Below are positions 9,300-18,321 of a DNA stretch of 54,425 bases, in pieces. The position numbers and the translations under genes are program-made. Location: positions 1-54,425 of the forward strand of contig CAZPMW010000002.1 of assembly GCA_964587805.1 (NCBI GenBank). Direction: 5' to 3'. The stretch's first letter is position 1. Every line of letters begins with the position of its first letter. The notes beneath the pieces were generated by a model, which saw only the letters and a program-made list of their open reading frames with translations, made no database searches and was not told the origin of the DNA. This DNA comes from an uncultured Elusimicrobiaceae bacterium (GTDB lineage: Bacteria > Elusimicrobiota > Elusimicrobia > Elusimicrobiales > UBA9959).

Positions 9300-10255
9300 C
9301 GTTCAGCCTCCAGCGAGGAGAGAAGTTTGTCCGTGAGGTCCACAGCCGAATGGCCGAAAAGAATGCTGCGCTTGTCCACAATAACGCTGACGCCGGCAGT
9401 GACGGCAAGTTCCTTTAGCGCGTAATAAACGCGGCCAAGCAGCATCTCGCTTCTGCGGCTTTCATATTCCAGCAGCTCTTTCTCAACCTGACGCTGGTAT
9501 AGTTTAAGCGCGTCCTCTTTCTGTTTCAGTTCGGTTTCCTTGGCGGCTATGGCGTTGTCTATCTCCGGTATCGCGGTAGATACGGAGAACTTGAAAAAAC
9601 TTACCGGCACACTGGTCACTCCTGGCATGTTGACGCCGCCCGCCGGAAGTGCGGCCGGAGGCTGAGCCGCTGCCGGTATTTCTTCACGCGGTGCAAGCGG
9701 GTCGGCTGCGGCGGTGGAGATAATGACCTCTGCCGGGGCTATAGCGGGGGCCGCTGCCTCCGTAGAGGTGACGACCCCGGCCGGCGCTGAACCCGTGACA
9801 GGCGTCTCAGCGGAGCCGCCGGCCGCGGAAAAGATCGCAACCGCCGCCGCGGAGGAGGCTCCCGGCGCGTCCACCGGAGGCTGCTGCCTGGTTTCCGCGC
9901 GGTTGAGCTGCGCCTCTGTGGCCAGGAGAGAGGGCAAAGTTAAGGCGAACGCGCGCTCCTGCCTGAGCTTGGCGATATCCGCTTTCAGTGCGTAAACAAC
10001 GCGCTTGCGCTGATTTACCGACTCCTCTTTTTTCTTTATTTCCCCCAGAAATTCTTCCCGGGCAAGGAGAGTTCCGGAATATCCCTTGAATACCCGGTCT
10101 ATATCCACAAAGCCTACTGTTCCGGACTCACCCTTGTTCTCCTCCAGCGACAGCTCCAGCGCCGGCGCGGGAACTATGGAAAGGCATAAAAGCGCGGCGC
10201 AGAAGCACAGGGAGAGTCGCCCGCGTATACCTTTGCCGCTCTGCGTCTTTGCCAC
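9296..10255 (-). CDS. skp: Skp/OmpH-family periplasmic chaperone with a long Ala/Pro/Thr-rich insertion
   Basis: GTG start with GGAGGA RBS 5 nt upstream. Signal peptide present. C-terminal '[24 protein letters not shown]' is typical of OmpH. Canonical position between bamA and lpxD. 319 aa, against my recollection of roughly 170 aa for typical Skp proteins. Confidence 0.75.
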   Translation of the reverse strand: MAKTQSGKGIRGRLSLCFCAALLCLSIVPAPALELSLEENKGESGTVGFVDIDRVFKGYSGTLLAREEFLGEIKKKEESVNQRKRVVYALKADIAKLRQERAFALTLPSLLATEAQLNRAETRQQPPVDAPGASSAAAVAIFSAAGGSAETPVTGSAPAGVVTSTEAAAPAIAPAEVIISTAAADPLAPREEIPAAAQPPAALPAGGVNMPGVTSVPVSFFKFSVSTAIPEIDNAIAAKETELKQKEDALKLYQRQVEKELLEYESRRSEMLLGRVYYALKELAVTAGVSVIVDKRSILFGHSAVDLTDKLLSSLEAER

Positions 10256-10311
10256 TTTGTTCCTCCTCTAGCCTATGGCTGTTCCTCTCAGACGACGGCC
10301 CTTCAGACGGC

Positions 10312-12771
10312 CTAAAACAGATTGCCAAGAGTAAAATAAATGTCCGACAGCTGTTCCCCCGGCTTATGGTTAAAGCCGTAGCCCCAGTCCAGCCGTATCG
10401 GGAAGGCCGGCGTGGTGAAACGGATGCCGAAGCCGGCGCCCGCCTTGAGATCGTTTGTTTTTGTGCCGGAGCGCAGGCTGACGTCGTTAAAGTGTTCCCA
10501 GGAGTTGCCGATGTCCAGAAAGAAGGCCCACTGAACGATGGTGCGCTTCTTTTCCCTGGCCAGCGGGAAGTGAAACTCAAGATTCAGAACATCGTACACA
10601 TTGCCGCCGTTCAGGGGGCCTATCTGGCCGTTATTGCTGTAGCCGCGGATGGTGTCGGCGCCGCCCAGGAAGAACCGCTCGTATACCGGCAGTTTAGGCG
10701 TATGGCCGAAGCCGGCCCCGTAGCCGAATTTATTGGACAACGCGAAGACGAACGGATAATCGTCTATAGAGAAAAGCTTCAGATTATAGCTATGGGTCAA
10801 GCTCGGCTTGTAGTAATTTACGTCTCCGCCCAGCGGCCCTCCGGTCAGGTCCGCGCCTATGGCGGATCTGCACCCGCGGGTGGGATCCCAGACATTATCG
10901 CGCGTGTCCCTCGCCAATTCCACATAAACCGAGGAGTTTTTGTTAGTGCTTTTGGGCAATTCGCTCGCGTAAACCGAGTCTACATCGAACACCTCCACCT
11001 TCTCGTAGGTGTAGGAGGTGGTCAGGTGGTATTTGTCTTCCTCAAAACGCGGCCCGACCGTGATCTTTCCGCCCATGCGCCGCTCGGTATAGGCGGACAG
11101 AGTGTCGCGGTAGGGCATATAGTGCCGCGTGTTGAAGATGTCCAGCCCGAGCGTTGTCGGCTTGCCGGCGAACCATGGCGTGGACCAGCTCAGAGAGTAA
11201 TCCTGCACCCTCCTGCCGAAGTTCCAGGAGAGGGAAGTACGGTAGGCCCGGCCTAAAAGGTTAAGATGCTGCAGCGAAAGCGTTCCGACCAGCCCGTCCC
11301 GCGAGGAGATGCCGGCGCCTGCGGTAAGCATGCCGGGCTTGCCTTCCGCCACGTCGAACACCAGATCCACCTTGTCCGGGTCGGGCGTGGGATTTATGAC
11401 TATCCCCACATCATCGAGGAAGCCCAGGTTGAATAATTTCTCCTGGCTGCGCCTGATCTTGCCGGAGCTGAACACTTCCCCTTCTTTCTGCGCTATTTCC
11501 CTGCGGAGCACATAGGTCTTTGTGGCCTTGTTGCCGGCGATGTCGATATTCCCCACATAGACGGGGTTGTTTTCAGTGACGCTGAAATCAATGTCCAGCT
11601 CGCCGGTGGCTGCGTTCGGAGTTTTATCCGGCCTCAGCAGGGCTTTCAGGTAACCCTTGTCCGCGTATTTATCCTGAAGGGCTCTTATGGTGTCGTCGAA
11701 CCTTTCCTGATTGAACAGCTTTCCGCGCCGGTATTCCAGCAGTTCCGTGAGGATCTTGGAGGAATATACGGTATTGCCCGAGAAAGTGGTGGCTCCGAAG
11801 CGCTGGCGCGGCCCTTCTTTAATGACGGCTTTAATGAAAACTTTGCTTTTGTCGTCGTTGAAAGTTACGGAGGAGCTGTCCAGCGAGTATTCTCCGTAGC
11901 CGCTGTTCTTGTAGAAGGCCTCCAGCGTCTTGAAATCATTGTCCAGTTCCTGGGGCGTATATATCTTCTTGGGGCGGTTCTTCATCTTTCCGACAAGCTT
12001 TTTAACCTTGTAGCCGGTCGCGCCCTCCAGAGTCACTTCCGCTATCCTGGCTTTACTGCCCTCAATGATATTGATGGTCAGATTGCAGGTGTGCGTTGCG
12101 GTATCATAGGCCGTCTCGTATTCCGCTTTTGCCTCGATATAGCCTTTCTCATGGTACTTATCGGTGATCTTGATGATGTCTTCCCGGATCTTCAGCTCAT
12201 CAAAAAAGTCTTTTTCCTTCAGCGCCATCTCGCTCTTAACCGTGCCTTTAGACAATTGCTTGGCCCCCGCTATTTTCAAGGTCTTGATCATGAACTTTTC
12301 GGTGACCAGATAGGTAACGGTTGCGGCGTTCGATGAGCCGGAGACGCCGCGGAATTTATCCGCCACCGGGCGGCCCGGCAGGTCCGCTATGTCCAGAGAG
12401 ACAGTTTCAATGCTGCCCAGGCCCAGGATGCCCTCGATATCAGAATTTATAAAATCCTTATAATAGAGCTTCCCTTTTTTCGCGTGCCCCGTCTTTGTGA
12501 TGACCTTGGCCTTCACGTTGATGTTGCCTTTGACCGAAATCGAGGCTACCTCCCACGGCCCTTTCCCCGGCCCCCCTGCGAGTCCGGAGTCAGCCGCGGC
12601 ATCGGACAGCCCGGGCAAATTGGCGGCGGCTGTGGAGAGGGCGGTCTCGGTCAGAGCGGGCGCCGCTCCGGTCATTGCTGGGTCCGGCCCCGCATCGGCC
12701 GGGCTCTGGGCAAATACAGCGCCAGCGCAGGACAGCAGCAGCGGCAGGCAGATGAAGATAATCTTTTTCAT
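10312..12771 (-). CDS. bamA: Outer membrane protein assembly factor BamA (Omp85)
   Basis: 819 aa. Signal peptide, POTRA-repeat region, C-terminal beta-barrel ending in 'YFTLGNLF'. Confidence 0.9.
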   Translation of the reverse strand: MKKIIFICLPLLLSCAGAVFAQSPADAGPDPAMTGAAPALTETALSTAAANLPGLSDAAADSGLAGGPGKGPWEVASISVKGNINVKAKVITKTGHAKKGKLYYKDFINSDIEGILGLGSIETVSLDIADLPGRPVADKFRGVSGSSNAATVTYLVTEKFMIKTLKIAGAKQLSKGTVKSEMALKEKDFFDELKIREDIIKITDKYHEKGYIEAKAEYETAYDTATHTCNLTINIIEGSKARIAEVTLEGATGYKVKKLVGKMKNRPKKIYTPQELDNDFKTLEAFYKNSGYGEYSLDSSSVTFNDDKSKVFIKAVIKEGPRQRFGATTFSGNTVYSSKILTELLEYRRGKLFNQERFDDTIRALQDKYADKGYLKALLRPDKTPNAATGELDIDFSVTENNPVYVGNIDIAGNKATKTYVLRREIAQKEGEVFSSGKIRRSQEKLFNLGFLDDVGIVINPTPDPDKVDLVFDVAEGKPGMLTAGAGISSRDGLVGTLSLQHLNLLGRAYRTSLSWNFGRRVQDYSLSWSTPWFAGKPTTLGLDIFNTRHYMPYRDTLSAYTERRMGGKITVGPRFEEDKYHLTTSYTYEKVEVFDVDSVYASELPKSTNKNSSVYVELARDTRDNVWDPTRGCRSAIGADLTGGPLGGDVNYYKPSLTHSYNLKLFSIDDYPFVFALSNKFGYGAGFGHTPKLPVYERFFLGGADTIRGYSNNGQIGPLNGGNVYDVLNLEFHFPLAREKKRTIVQWAFFLDIGNSWEHFNDVSLRSGTKTNDLKAGAGFGIRFTTPAFPIRLDWGYGFNHKPGEQLSDIYFTLGNLF

Positions 12772-12942
12772 GGTAAACTCGCGATATTTATATCATATTA
12801 TCACTTTTTGGCGGGGGATTTGTTAATTTGTTGGTTATGTTATGCTAAAATTATCACGTTGCACCAATATAATTAAAAGCGCCGACCGTATTCAATAATA
12901 AGCGGCGCGCGCCGGACGGCCCCGGCCGGAGAATCTTGAACA

Positions 12943-14244
12943 ATGAAAAAATTCTATATCCTTGACACCAATGTGCTTATACATGACCCGATGTCCTTCA
13001 GTAAGTTCGAGGACAACACCGTGGTCATCCCTATTTCCGTCATAGAGGAGCTGGACACTTTTAAATCCGTGGCTGACGAGCGCGGCAAAGCCGCCCGGAT
13101 CGTTTCCAGGAAACTGGACGAAATGCGCAAGCTCGGCAAGCTGGACGCCGGCGTTAAAATGGAGAACGGCGGCACGCTTATCGTAGACCTGGACCACGCG
13201 CAGGTCCTGCCCAAGGAATTCTTCCTGCAGGAAATGGATAACCGCATCCTGAACACCGCGCTCTGGTTCAATCAGAAGAAACACAACGCCGTGCTGGTGA
13301 CAAAAGATATCAATCTGCGCCTGAAGGCGGAGGCTGTTGGCACCCGGTCCGAGGATTACGAGGCCGGCAAGGTCAAGGTGGATGAAATTTACCCCGGCCT
13401 GGTGACCATTGAAAAATCAGCCGACTTCGTGGATAAATTTTACAAGGAAAAGACGGCCAAGAACACCGATAAGGACCTTGTCGCTAATGAATTCGTTATT
13501 TTCAAAGCCAAGGAGGACCCGAAAAAGAGCGCCATGGGCCGCGTATCCCAGAACGACACCGGCGTGATAAAAATGCTCAGCCCGGAATCCTCTCCCTGGG
13601 GCATACGGCCGCTGAACAAGGAGCAGCGCTGCGCCATGGACCTTCTGCTCGACGAAAACGTGAAGCTGGTAACCATGATCGGCGCGGCCGGCACCGGAAA
13701 AACCCTGATGTCGCTCGCCTGCGGCCTGCAGAAGGCGGTGGAGGAAAACGTTTACCGGCGTCTCATTATCTGCCGCCCTATCGTTCCGGTGGGCAAGGAT
13801 ATCGGCTTTATCCCGGGCACCAAGGAAGAAAAACTTTCAACCTGGATGGGCGCCATCTACGACAATCTGGAATTTATCATGGACAAGCGTCACCAGGACG
13901 ACGCCATGCAGAAATTCGAATATCTGCTGCAGAACGGCAAGATAGAGATAGCCTCCGTGACCCATATCCGCGGCCGCTCCCTGCCGAAGCAGTATATGAT
14001 AGTGGACGACGCGCAGAACCTGACCCCGCATGAAATAAAGACAATACTGTCGCGCGCCGGGGAAGGGACCAAGGTCGTGGTTACCGGCGATCCCTACCAG
14101 ATAGATAATCCCTATCTGGATATAGCTTCCAACGGCCTGATGTACATAGTGGACCGGCTTAAAGGGCAGAAGCTCTACGGCCATCTCACTTTTACCAAGA
14201 CCGAGCGCAGCGAGTTGGCCGGCCTTGTCGCGGAGCTGATGTAA
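12943..14244 (+). CDS. PhoH2-type protein: N-terminal PIN RNase domain fused to a PhoH ATPase/helicase domain
   Basis: PIN start 'FYILDTNVLIHDP'. Walker A 'GAAGTGKT', 'IVDDAQNLTPHE', 'VVTGDPYQID'. 433 aa. Confidence 0.85.
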   Translation: MKKFYILDTNVLIHDPMSFSKFEDNTVVIPISVIEELDTFKSVADERGKAARIVSRKLDEMRKLGKLDAGVKMENGGTLIVDLDHAQVLPKEFFLQEMDNRILNTALWFNQKKHNAVLVTKDINLRLKAEAVGTRSEDYEAGKVKVDEIYPGLVTIEKSADFVDKFYKEKTAKNTDKDLVANEFVIFKAKEDPKKSAMGRVSQNDTGVIKMLSPESSPWGIRPLNKEQRCAMDLLLDENVKLVTMIGAAGTGKTLMSLACGLQKAVEENVYRRLIICRPIVPVGKDIGFIPGTKEEKLSTWMGAIYDNLEFIMDKRHQDDAMQKFEYLLQNGKIEIASVTHIRGRSLPKQYMIVDDAQNLTPHEIKTILSRAGEGTKVVVTGDPYQIDNPYLDIASNGLMYIVDRLKGQKLYGHLTFTKTERSELAGLVAELM

Positions 14245-14279
14245 GGAGAAATGCGCTATTCAGTGACAGTGGGACTTAT

Positions 14280-14299
14280 TGCCTACCGCTGCGTAGGCA
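14280..14299 (+). terminator. Weak stem-loop after the PhoH2 gene (TGCCTAC-CGCTGC-GTAGGCA), no U tract
   Basis: 7-bp perfect stem read directly. It is followed by CTTAGCCCC, so this is not a canonical intrinsic terminator. Confidence 0.25.
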
Positions 14300-14386
14300 C
14301 TTAGCCCCTGTCTGATCGCCCGGGATGGTTATAGAATATTCATGCAGCTGAAGCTGCGGCAAAAAACGCGAAACCTAAGGAGCATA

Positions 14387-14962
14387 ATGCTTAAAATCAA
14401 CAGGATCCTGCTTATCGCCGTACTGACGGCCTCTTTTGCCGGCCTTTCCAGCGCCGCCGCTCCGGCGGTCGGTCTGAAACAGTCCGCCCCGGTTTTGGGC
14501 CTGCTCACTTCTCTGTCCCCGTCCGGTGACATTCAGGGAGAGCTGGCCGCGCAGAGCGTAACCTTCGCGCCGGCGTCCGGTGAAAACGATAAGGCGACCG
14601 ATAAGGCGATAGAGCCTGGCCGCGATCTGTCGCCAAAAGTGGAAGATCCCGTTCGCGTCAAAGCCATTCTTAAGCTGGTAAGCGATGTTTACAATAATGT
14701 CAGTCTCCCCTATTCGCAGGACGGGACCACCTTTACCAATAAAGAGAAGCGGCTTCCGCCTCAGCCGCTGGGTTTCTACAAGGAGTATACGCTTATAACC
14801 GGCAATGCCCCGCATACCGTCGTTATAGGCGGCCAGACCTACCAGGTCGCCCCGGACCAGGGCGCCCGCGGCTCAGAGCGAGTTATCATCGGCGGCGGCG
14901 CGGAGCTGTACTATACGCCGGACCATTACGCGCGGTTTATAAAGCTGACGGTAGTGCGCTGA
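14387..14962 (+). CDS. Secreted barnase / RNase N1-T1-Sa family guanyl-specific ribonuclease
   Basis: AAGGAG RBS 4 nt upstream of ATG 14387 (the track ORF begins at 14342). Signal peptide 'MLKINRILLIAVLTASFAGLSSAAA'. C-terminal domain has 'FTNKEKRLP', 'YKEYTL', 'RGSERVI' and 'YYTPDHYARF', matching the barnase catalytic Glu/Arg/His layout. Confidence 0.8.
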   Translation: MLKINRILLIAVLTASFAGLSSAAAPAVGLKQSAPVLGLLTSLSPSGDIQGELAAQSVTFAPASGENDKATDKAIEPGRDLSPKVEDPVRVKAILKLVSDVYNNVSLPYSQDGTTFTNKEKRLPPQPLGFYKEYTLITGNAPHTVVIGGQTYQVAPDQGARGSERVIIGGGAELYYTPDHYARFIKLTVVR

Positions 14963-14973
14963 CAAGAGAATCG

Positions 14974-15363
14974 ATGTCCGGCATTTTAGACGATAAAGCG
15001 GTATTCGTGAACGGACAGGCCATGACAGCGGAGAAAATAGAAAAACTATTTTCTCCGCTTGGTTTTTTTACGGCGCGGCTGGATGGCGCGGCCATTCAAA
15101 ATAAAGCTGAACTGCTGGCCGCCCTGGCGGTCGCGATCCGGTTTCCTGAATATTTCGGTCATAACTGGGACGCTTTGCTGGACTGCCTGCGCTCGCTGCC
15201 GGAATTTATAAGCGCCCGCGGTTACGCGGTGATACTCGAAAACTCGGCTCTTCTGTTGAAAGATTCTCCGGCGGACCTTGCGGATTTCAAAGACACAGCC
15301 GGGATCGCGGCGGAATTTCTGATTGAGAAACACAAGCTCCCGCTGAAAGTGGTGATGCTGTGA
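14974..15363 (+). CDS. Barstar-family ribonuclease inhibitor
   Basis: 'FPEYFGHNWDALLDCLRSL' matches the barstar signature (xPEYYGxNxDALWDCL). Lies immediately downstream of the barnase-like gene. 129 aa. Confidence 0.8.
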   Translation: MSGILDDKAVFVNGQAMTAEKIEKLFSPLGFFTARLDGAAIQNKAELLAALAVAIRFPEYFGHNWDALLDCLRSLPEFISARGYAVILENSALLLKDSPADLADFKDTAGIAAEFLIEKHKLPLKVVML

Positions 15364-16112
15364 TCCGGGCTTTAATCCTTGCCGGTGCCATTCTCGCGGC
15401 GGCAGCCGCGCCTAAGCCGCCTGTCAAAACAGGCCCGGCGGCGGCCGAAACGGTTCATTTCAAGACACAGGACGATTGTCTCATCGAAGGCTTTTATCAG
15501 GCGCCCTCTCCCGGCGCCTATATTTTTATTAATGCCCACGGCCTGGGTTCCAGCCGGCACGAGTGGGCTCCGCTGGAAGCGGCGCTTAAGAAGCGGGGCT
15601 ATGGCTTTCTTTCGCTTGACCTGGAGGGGCATGGCAACAGCCTGCTCTGTTCAGGCCGTGCGGTTGAGTATAAATCTTTTTCCCAGGCCAGGTGGGCCGG
15701 GGTTTCAGAGGACATCAGGTCCGCGGCGAATTTCCTAAAGGGAAGGAAGGTCCCGGAAAACAGGCTGATACTCTGCGGCGCCAGCATCGGGGCGAACCTT
15801 TCGCTAAAGGCCGCGGCGCAGGGCCTTAGGCCCGCCGGGCTCGTGCTGCTGTCTCCCGGCCTCTCGTACGCCGGGATAGAGGCTGAGAAGTTTCTGGCGG
15901 CCATGGGCGCGGCTCCGCTGCTGCTGGCCGCTTCCGAGAATGACCCCTACTCCTGGCAAAGCTCCGGCTATCTGGCCGTGAAGGCCGGGGCGCTGGGCCT
16001 CCCTGCGGTTTTCAGGGCCGGACCAGGCGGGCACGGGGCGAACATGCTTTCGGCGGCCAGGCCGGAACTTCTGGACTACATCCTGGACTGGGCGCAAAAG
16101 CTCCGCAAATAA
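15360..16112 (+). CDS. Secreted alpha/beta-fold hydrolase (dienelactone hydrolase / esterase-like)
   Basis: GTG start overlaps the barstar stop (GTGA). Signal peptide present. Nucleophile elbow 'GASIGAN', acidic 'ENDPYS', C-terminal 'GGHGANM'. Confidence 0.7.
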   Translation: MIRALILAGAILAAAAAPKPPVKTGPAAAETVHFKTQDDCLIEGFYQAPSPGAYIFINAHGLGSSRHEWAPLEAALKKRGYGFLSLDLEGHGNSLLCSGRAVEYKSFSQARWAGVSEDIRSAANFLKGRKVPENRLILCGASIGANLSLKAAAQGLRPAGLVLLSPGLSYAGIEAEKFLAAMGAAPLLLAASENDPYSWQSSGYLAVKAGALGLPAVFRAGPGGHGANMLSAARPELLDYILDWAQKLRK

Positions 16113-16196
16113 CAGACCCATGCCAGCCAGCTTGGTGGAAAGGGGATACGCGGCCAGCCGCTTCAGCAAGGGCCGGTTCTGCCGGAGTGCCGACCG

Positions 16197-16790
16197 TTAT
16201 TTCCGCGCCGGCAGATTAGGGTAAGCTGACTGCAGATCGTGCCAGTGTTTTTTCTCTTCCAGCACCAGGGCGTGCATATGTGTGCGCTTCCAGGCCTGGG
16301 GAAAAGCTTCTTCAAAAGCCTGATAAAACTCCGCGGTTTTCATCTCTTGTCGTATGGCGAAATCCGCCATCTCGTCTTCCGTCGCTTCCGGGCCGGGCGG
16401 ATCGGCCATTATCCCTTTTTTCCTCGCTTCCTGCAGGAGGGCGGGGTACAGCAGTTTGTGGGCGGGCAGCTGGCGCCATTGGCCGAGCTGTTCTTCAAAC
16501 AGCGCCTTATGCGAGGCTTCTTCCTTAGACAGGCTTTCGCAAAGAGATTTAACTGCCGGATCCTTCGCACGCTCAGCAAGGCTGCGGTAAAATATTATTC
16601 CGTCTTCTTCAATGGCTGCGGCCAGCCGAAAAACATCCCGGAGCCGGACGGCCCCCTCAAATCTGTCCAGTAGCGTCCCCCGCTTCGGCTTGGTTCCCAG
16701 CATGCGGCCGCGAGCGGTTGTCAGAAGGTATGCGGTCGCCCCTGTCGCAGTCAGTAGCGCCGCCGCATAAAAAACCGCCGAATCAATCAT
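16197..16790 (-). CDS. Membrane-anchored ferritin-like / rubrerythrin-like domain protein
   Basis: N-terminal TM helix, then paired helices with 'EEDGIIFYRSLA', 'EEASHKALFE', 'EMKTAEFYQ' and 'LEEKKHWHDL' (ExxH-type diiron-like motifs). 197 aa. Confidence 0.55.
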   Translation of the reverse strand: MIDSAVFYAAALLTATGATAYLLTTARGRMLGTKPKRGTLLDRFEGAVRLRDVFRLAAAIEEDGIIFYRSLAERAKDPAVKSLCESLSKEEASHKALFEEQLGQWRQLPAHKLLYPALLQEARKKGIMADPPGPEATEDEMADFAIRQEMKTAEFYQAFEEAFPQAWKRTHMHALVLEEKKHWHDLQSAYPNLPARK

Positions 16791-16797
16791 AAATTAG

Positions 16798-16803
16798 ATT
16801 ATA
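16798..16803 (-). promoter_or_regulatory. -10 box TATAAT 7 nt upstream of the ATG of the ferritin-like gene (leaderless-type layout)
   Basis: Minus strand reads TTGTTGTATAATCTAATTTATG. There is no SD between the -10 box and the ATG. Confidence 0.45.
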
Positions 16804-16856
16804 CAACAACTTTCCCGGTTTCGCGTCAGGGCCCGCGAAAGTCTCCGGATAATTTA

Positions 16857-16862
16857 TATAAT
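16857..16862 (+). promoter_or_regulatory. -10 box TATAAT 10 nt upstream of the ATG of the aminotransferase gene (very short or no leader)
   Basis: Plus strand reads AATTTATATAATTCCTCCTACTATG. There is no SD on the plus strand. Confidence 0.4.
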
Positions 16863-16872
16863 TCCTCCTACT

Positions 16873-18321
16873 ATGATCAAACTCCATAATATCAACGCAA
16901 AGCTGCTGGAAGCCCATTACGCGGTGCGGGGCAAAATAGTGAAACGGGCGCAGGAGCTGGAGGCGCAGGGCAAAAAGATAATTTACTGCAATATCGGAAA
17001 CCCGCAGGCGCTGAAGCAGAAGCCCCTTACTTTCGTGCGGCAGGTTCTGAGTCTGCTTGAGTATCCGGCCATCATGGACCGGCCGGAGAGCGCAAAGCTC
17101 TTTCCCGCTGACGCGATCGCGAGGGCGAAGATGATACTGGAAAAGAACCCCTCCGGCACAGGGGCCTACACCCAGAGCGTCGGGCTTCCGTTCGTGCGCC
17201 AGGCCGTGGCGGATTTTATAAATAAACGCGACGGCATCCCGGTGGACGCCGACAGGATAGTGCTGACAGACGGAGCCAGCAAGGGCGTGCACGCCGTCTT
17301 CGCCATGCTGACCAATAAAGAGAACGACGGGTATATGATCCCCATTCCGCAATACCCGCTCTACAGCGCCTCCATCGCCCTGTACGGGGCGAAGCAGATA
17401 AATTATTTCCTGGACGAGGCCAACAGCTGGCAGCTGAACGAGCGCGAACTGGAGCGCAGCGTAGACGCGGCCAGGAAGAACGGCGTTAACCCGGTAGCGA
17501 TAGCCGTAATAAATCCAGGCAACCCTACCGGCGCGGTGCTTTCAAGAAAGAATATTGAAATGATACTGCGCTTCGCCAAAAAACAGGGCGTAGCGATAAT
17601 AGCCGACGAAGTTTACCAGGAGAATGTGTACGGCGAAGGGATGAAGTTCTTTTCGTTCGCGAAAGTGATGCACGAAATGGACGTGCATGACGTCACGCTC
17701 TTCAGCTTTCATTCCGTGTCCAAAGGATTTCTTGGGGAATGCGGTCACAGGGGGGGATATCTTGAAGTCAGGAATATGCCCGATGACGTCTATGCGGAAC
17801 TGGTAAAACACCAGTCGATAAGCCTGTGCGCGAACGTGGGCGGACAGATAGTCACCTATCTGATGGTGGCGCCTCCGGAAAAGGGCTCGGAGAGCTGCGC
17901 GCTTTATATAAAGGAGCGGGACGCTATACTGCGCGACCTCAAAGAGAAGGCAGAGATGCTTGGAAAGGGGCTCAACGGGATAGAAGGCATGAGCATCGAG
18001 GTGCCGCGCGGCGCGATGTACGCTTTTGTGAAGTTCGAGCTGCCGCGCGCTAAGAATGAGGACCTGACGAAGATGACGCCTGAGGCGCGGCAGAAATACG
18101 AGGCGGCGATAGATTCGGAATACTGCCTTAGGCTGCTGGAGGAGACCGGCATATGCGTGGTGCCCGGCTCCGGTTTCGGCCAGCTGCCGGGGACGCTGCA
18201 TTTCCGCACCACCTTCCTGCCGCCGAAAGAAGATATAAAAACGCTGGTGGAAAAGATGAAAAAGTTTCACGCTGACTATACGGAAAGGCTCAGGGCCGGA
18301 GAGGCCGTTAAGCGCCCATGA
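16873..18321 (+). CDS. Class I PLP-dependent aminotransferase, alanine aminotransferase (ALT/GPT-like) subgroup
   Basis: 482 aa. 'YAVRGKIVKRAQELE...IIYCNIGNPQALKQKPLTFVRQVLSLLEYP' closely resembles eukaryote/plant-type ALT N-termini. 'SFHSVSKGFLGECGHRGGY' carries the PLP lysine. Confidence 0.8.
   Translation: MIKLHNINAKLLEAHYAVRGKIVKRAQELEAQGKKIIYCNIGNPQALKQKPLTFVRQVLSLLEYPAIMDRPESAKLFPADAIARAKMILEKNPSGTGAYTQSVGLPFVRQAVADFINKRDGIPVDADRIVLTDGASKGVHAVFAMLTNKENDGYMIPIPQYPLYSASIALYGAKQINYFLDEANSWQLNERELERSVDAARKNGVNPVAIAVINPGNPTGAVLSRKNIEMILRFAKKQGVAIIADEVYQENVYGEGMKFFSFAKVMHEMDVHDVTLFSFHSVSKGFLGECGHRGGYLEVRNMPDDVYAELVKHQSISLCANVGGQIVTYLMVAPPEKGSESCALYIKERDAILRDLKEKAEMLGKGLNGIEGMSIEVPRGAMYAFVKFELPRAKNEDLTKMTPEARQKYEAAIDSEYCLRLLEETGICVVPGSGFGQLPGTLHFRTTFLPPKEDIKTLVEKMKKFHADYTERLRAGEAVKRP

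Noticed and set aside
9600-9900. DNA-level tandem repeat within the Ala/Pro-rich part of skp.
   Set aside because: I could find no exact or near-exact nucleotide repeat unit. It is compositional low complexity (GC-rich Ala/Pro/Gly codons), not a VNTR.
12772-12942. Possible oriC at the strand-switch region.
   Set aside because: I found no 9-mers within two mismatches of the DnaA box TTATCCACA/TGTGGATAA. No dnaA or dnaN is nearby. Any local GC-skew flip would be confounded by the coding-strand switch. The observation is kept only as a low-interest finding.
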